DNA of 64,000 nucleotides from Escherichia coli (GTDB lineage Bacteria; Pseudomonadota; Gammaproteobacteria; Enterobacterales; Enterobacteriaceae): NCBI RefSeq assembly GCF_016026235.1, contig NZ_CP065613.1; one strand, 5' to 3'. Shown piece by piece: positions 63,555 to 64,000 of this stretch (position 1 is its first letter; each line of letters starts with the position of its first letter). The notes under the pieces were generated by a model. It saw only the letters and a program-made list of their open reading frames with translations, ran no database searches and was not told where the DNA came from. The position numbers and the translations under genes were made by a program.

Positions 63555-64000
63555 ATGGCTAATCCAACCGTTATTAAGCTACAGGATGGCAATGTCATGC
63601 CCCAGTTGGGACTGGGCGTCTGGCAAGCAAGTAATGAGGAAGTAATCACCGCCATTCAAAAAGCGTTAGAAGTGGGTTATCGCTCGATTGATACCGCCGC
63701 GGCCTATAAGAACGAAGAAGGTGTCGGCAAAGCCCTGAAAAATGCCTCAGTCAACAGAGAAGAACTGTTCATCACCACTAAGCTGTGGAACGACGACCAC
63801 AAGCGCCCCCGCGAAGCCCTGCTCGACAGCCTGAAAAAACTACAGCTTGATTATATCGACCTCTACTTAATGCACTGGCCCGTTCCCGCTATCGACCATT
63901 ATGTCGAAGCATGGAAAGGCATGATCGAATTGCAAAAAGAGGGATTAATCAAAAGCATCGGCGTGTGCAACTTCCAGATCCATCACCTGCAACGCCTGAT
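63555..64000 (+). CDS. dkgA: 2,5-diketo-D-gluconate reductase A (aldo-keto reductase), 3' end outside the window
   Basis: MANPTVIKLQDGNVMPQLGLGVWQASNEEV after a ggagga Shine-Dalgarno; frame is open to the window end. Confidence 0.85.
   Translation, partial: MANPTVIKLQDGNVMPQLGLGVWQASNEEVITAIQKALEVGYRSIDTAAAYKNEEGVGKALKNASVNREELFITTKLWNDDHKRPREALLDSLKKLQLDYIDLYLMHWPVPAIDHYVEAWKGMIELQKEGLIKSIGVCNFQIHHLQRL

Overview
Escherichia coli-type chromosomal segment, annotated from the six-frame ORF track plus motif reading of the sequence; no searches were run. In order: (1) the 3' edge of a horizontally acquired island, with a 5'-truncated CbtA/YeeV-family toxin gene and island-type hypothetical genes; (2) an intact minus-strand type II secretion operon (yghJ/sslE, pppA, yghG, gspC to gspM); (3) the glycolate operon glcDEFGBA with divergent glcC; (4) an accessory locus, yghO to yghT, which I flag as the most interesting region: a fatty-acyl-AMP ligase, SDR reductase, acyl carrier protein and alpha-oxoamine synthase operon next to a putative N-acyltransferase, a paralogous LptF/LptG-like permease pair, a flippase and three paralogous P-loop proteins, consistent with synthesis and export of a ceramide-like N-acylated amino lipid (inference); (5) pitB, gss, yghU; (6) the hydrogenase-2 operon hybOABCDEFG; (7) yghW, yghX, yghZ, yqhA, yghA, exbBD, metC, yghB, yqhC, yqhD and the start of dkgA. 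Three REP/BIME repeat arrays and several hairpin terminators lie in intergenic regions. No rRNA, tRNA, CRISPR array or transposase gene was found. Gene names rest on recall of E. coli K-12 gene order and protein sequences; several starts were moved from the track's longest ORF to the internal Met that matches the known protein.
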